Shown: positions 63,913-64,000 of the stretch, one piece after another
Numbering within the stretch: position 1 is the stretch's first letter
Layout: each line of letters opens with the position of its first letter
IMG/VR virus record: IMGVR_UViG_3300032011_004028
Span: 10,896 to 74,895 of that record
DNA length: 64,000 nt
Direction: 5' to 3' (one strand)
Origin: a virus
Taxonomy: Duplodnaviria > Caudoviricetes
Program-made: the position numbers and the translations under genes
The notes under the pieces: model-generated
The model's database searches: none
Seen by the model: the letters and a program-made list of their open reading frames with translations, nothing else
What the model was told of the DNA's origin: nothing

Positions 63913-64000
63913 TTTACCGGCAGGGTCAATACGCATTCTTTCGACTGGTGCGGTAGCTGTAGCCCCACCTAGTGCTTTAGTGGCAAAAGCAAGTTCCCCG
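57868..64000 (-). CDS. Giant tail fibre / adhesin with at least 15 GxVGIGTxxP repeats; 5' end beyond the window
   Basis: The frame stays open from 63936 to the window edge (...GELAFATKALGGATATAPVERMRI). Repeated ERMRI/GIGTTAP units and a beta-sandwich-like C-terminal tip. Confidence 0.85.
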   Translation of the reverse strand, partial: GELAFATKALGGATATAPVERMRIDPAGKVGIGTNAPDSLLQIANANGSSYRFGYAGTSDVYFDADDVYFRSDNGGVNNMVLKGSKLGIGTTAPGAKLHVYGGNIRISSTDDKPQLEFFETAAARWVIGHSTAPNNYFAISEGSDVAASERLVIAPTTGSVGIGTTAPDGILHVANTTYIDAPTNTGNSSALIWRRLDKTIVGRIVSDTTNLRTQFWDNNSSVLTISNDKVGIGSENPAYKLDVRGDYIFVDEGKGIRFGGSSHQVTRETGNELRLKAANTTGFITFLTGGGTEYMRIAADGKVGIGNTNPAAPLTVTADSGANAFALRARSADDYSFIQFFNNAGSALRGQIYSKSTGDIGFTTGTDSSAGNDLYIKNGTGVGIGTTAPSVHLDVYASVGWGVVDIDGVSGGELRFQKAGTTWLDIYGNDSSYAVLKATSHLSIYVNSSTLAAYFKSDGNVGIGTDAPTTKLSVKSTGSNVDEISLVHSGNTVKLVSLGQESSHGSIYVRANSGVAQARISAVNSNYFLQNVGIGTTAPLCKLDIRTTSASLTDAGATVNIEEDTAWTQGLAFYLNNADVNNADYASACIGVANSGSNIIITSGARVVNNTNTTSAYKTLNSTTPAVYRQLNGAHVFYGDTGETVNTVYTPTERMRIDASGKVGIGTTAPVAQLMVSEAIPPGTQIGGSNTLKLAAVSSNAVGRRMEIGFDQFYGSTYSHSVIGQIVTSRTSFETGDLYFATKDGTTNVAPTERMRITSAGNVGIGTTAPSRPLSIYNNSLACLQLCNSTTGAATGDGFQMQLSGSTGYIYNYEAGDIIFGTSAATRLTISAAGVATFAGAVTVNGPLTGTTAKFSGDAQIGFTGGLNTWYSGITQLAIGANQSAVVGNSSYIGVQENSYLNASGLWKKVGAGGASNVWQDDGTIYLRTAVTGGSADDTISWNYPLTLSPTGAATFGGALTGTTATLAGTGLANAPTLAIDNSSSGTYVHSLEAYTANITSGQTNILVVGKEGNNKNCGYIGYKWNGDGSDANLLTLGHWGSNHLLTIAPTGAATFSGALTANSTIQVSRSSASPLFQVTDADAGGGAKSRWFGLVDGTSRFAIYGTNGSTEEFQLDGGTATFSTAVAVGNSYIYNNYIRSSNIRVTDNGYLGSQSVQSVIQIQGDGDVAIGYPTTINSSLKATTILDTNNSAGTNGQVLTTTGSGLDWKTLSEISGVDGSGTANYISKWTDSDTIGNSIVYNHAYGVVINATNLTSYASNRQVLEVRGTAGTGDFDGGITNLSASSDTNAHRVGQLAFINTANANHVNPNSTIGSRIAQIISTVVTSDSNAGDDSGGDLQFWTKPEAGVPAERMRIASGGNVGIGITAPSELLHVDGGGYFEGDVVRDGGWHRGLEITTQNASYASLYFGNQQTSKYSGIIWTSTTSGNTVSARGAQVYAQPTSAANTDLRFDTNNAVGTSSPTLKMIIRGDGKVGIGTTAPAYQLDVRGSGATTLQVKSANNSDDTQLKLQSNAFFFNITNQGAGGNITYVSDDAQDQIWYTDNASNSSVERFRIEGGADVDSVYFSNSHVGIGTTAPSAMLDVVTPASSTVYAAEITQSNTSNGDGLYVNIGSTSASDYVATFRSSNNNLFDIKGNGNVGIGTASPGQLLHVWKAGVLEPNFQSTTGRVGLQLNAGAAGDVGWILYSGYPAAGDFNIRQSGVANCLVIKKTTGYVGIGTDSPGSLLTISGNSDDGDNACALAINDEDSTGGSKLPAIMFYGGGTMQGRIRGGDATFSIAVGSSPSTALSINTTSRKLTLGSYGSGTHTGTAAYKLSVDSSGNVIETSIGSGAVDGSGSANYITKWTDGDTIGNSSIQDNGSAVVINDASGDVDFRVESNNDDYLLFTDGGADRMGVSTNAPLAKLHVDGDLRVGSASNGNWMGYKDVAMNGSSYTTALTINLANHRACHVKLFITGDWSSHSAVAFVGEYFVQNGGDGYQEPGLIISEFDNTNTDLIMSKIVDPSTDTFTIQLKLSTTANGSFTGSLSYHVMGMATAVS
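60813..61149. repeat. 37-bp direct repeat pair (PTGAATFxGALT), 300 bp apart
   Basis: 60813-60849 versus 61113-61149 match at 34/37 positions; a degenerate third copy lies near 61450-61500. Confidence 0.85.

Noticed and set aside
53596-64000. Diversity-generating retroelement TR/VR pair in the fibre genes
   Set aside because: Repeats are short and lie at module junctions, mismatches are not adenine-specific, and no reverse transcriptase is in the window.

Overview
This window is a 64-kb internal segment of a large, AT-rich (about 40% GC by eye), probably lytic tailed phage with siphovirus-type tail genes. No integrase, tRNA, rRNA or CRISPR array is visible. (1) 1-10.6 kb (-): a tightly coupled operon of soluble glycosyltransferases, a methyltransferase and the RmlB/FdtA/FdtB amino-sugar pathway, behind a consensus sigma70 promoter. 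(2) 10.6-12.25 kb (-): a phage sigma factor and a dNMP kinase. (3) 12.7-23.2 kb (+): dCMP deaminase, dUTPase, Hsp20 behind a perfect sigma54 promoter, NrdA, a glycosyltransferase, a class Ic-type NrdB, a DUF2589-like pair, pyrophosphatase, a GspC/PilP-like exported protein and an orphan ParS/MbcA-like antitoxin domain. (4) 23.2-29.4 kb (-): an IPT/TIG-repeat protein and three paralogous tail-tube-like genes. (5) 29.4-40.5 kb (+): a lambda-like M-L-K-I-J tail-tip block, inverted relative to the tape measure. (6) 40.5-64 kb (-): tape measure, chaperones, major tail tube, neck/connector genes and two giant repeat-rich fibre genes, the last running off the window. The strongest leads are a GTGTAA motif in essentially every late-gene intergenic gap (candidate promoter of the phage sigma factor, sometimes in a hairpin); a 23-bp repeat conserved at synonymous sites across both fibre genes (candidate module-shuffling system); three extra tube paralogues; a PD-(D/E)xK-like cargo flanked by PNF motifs inside the tape measure; and a tyrosine-less RNR beta subunit. 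All family calls come from motif recognition by eye; no database searches were run.
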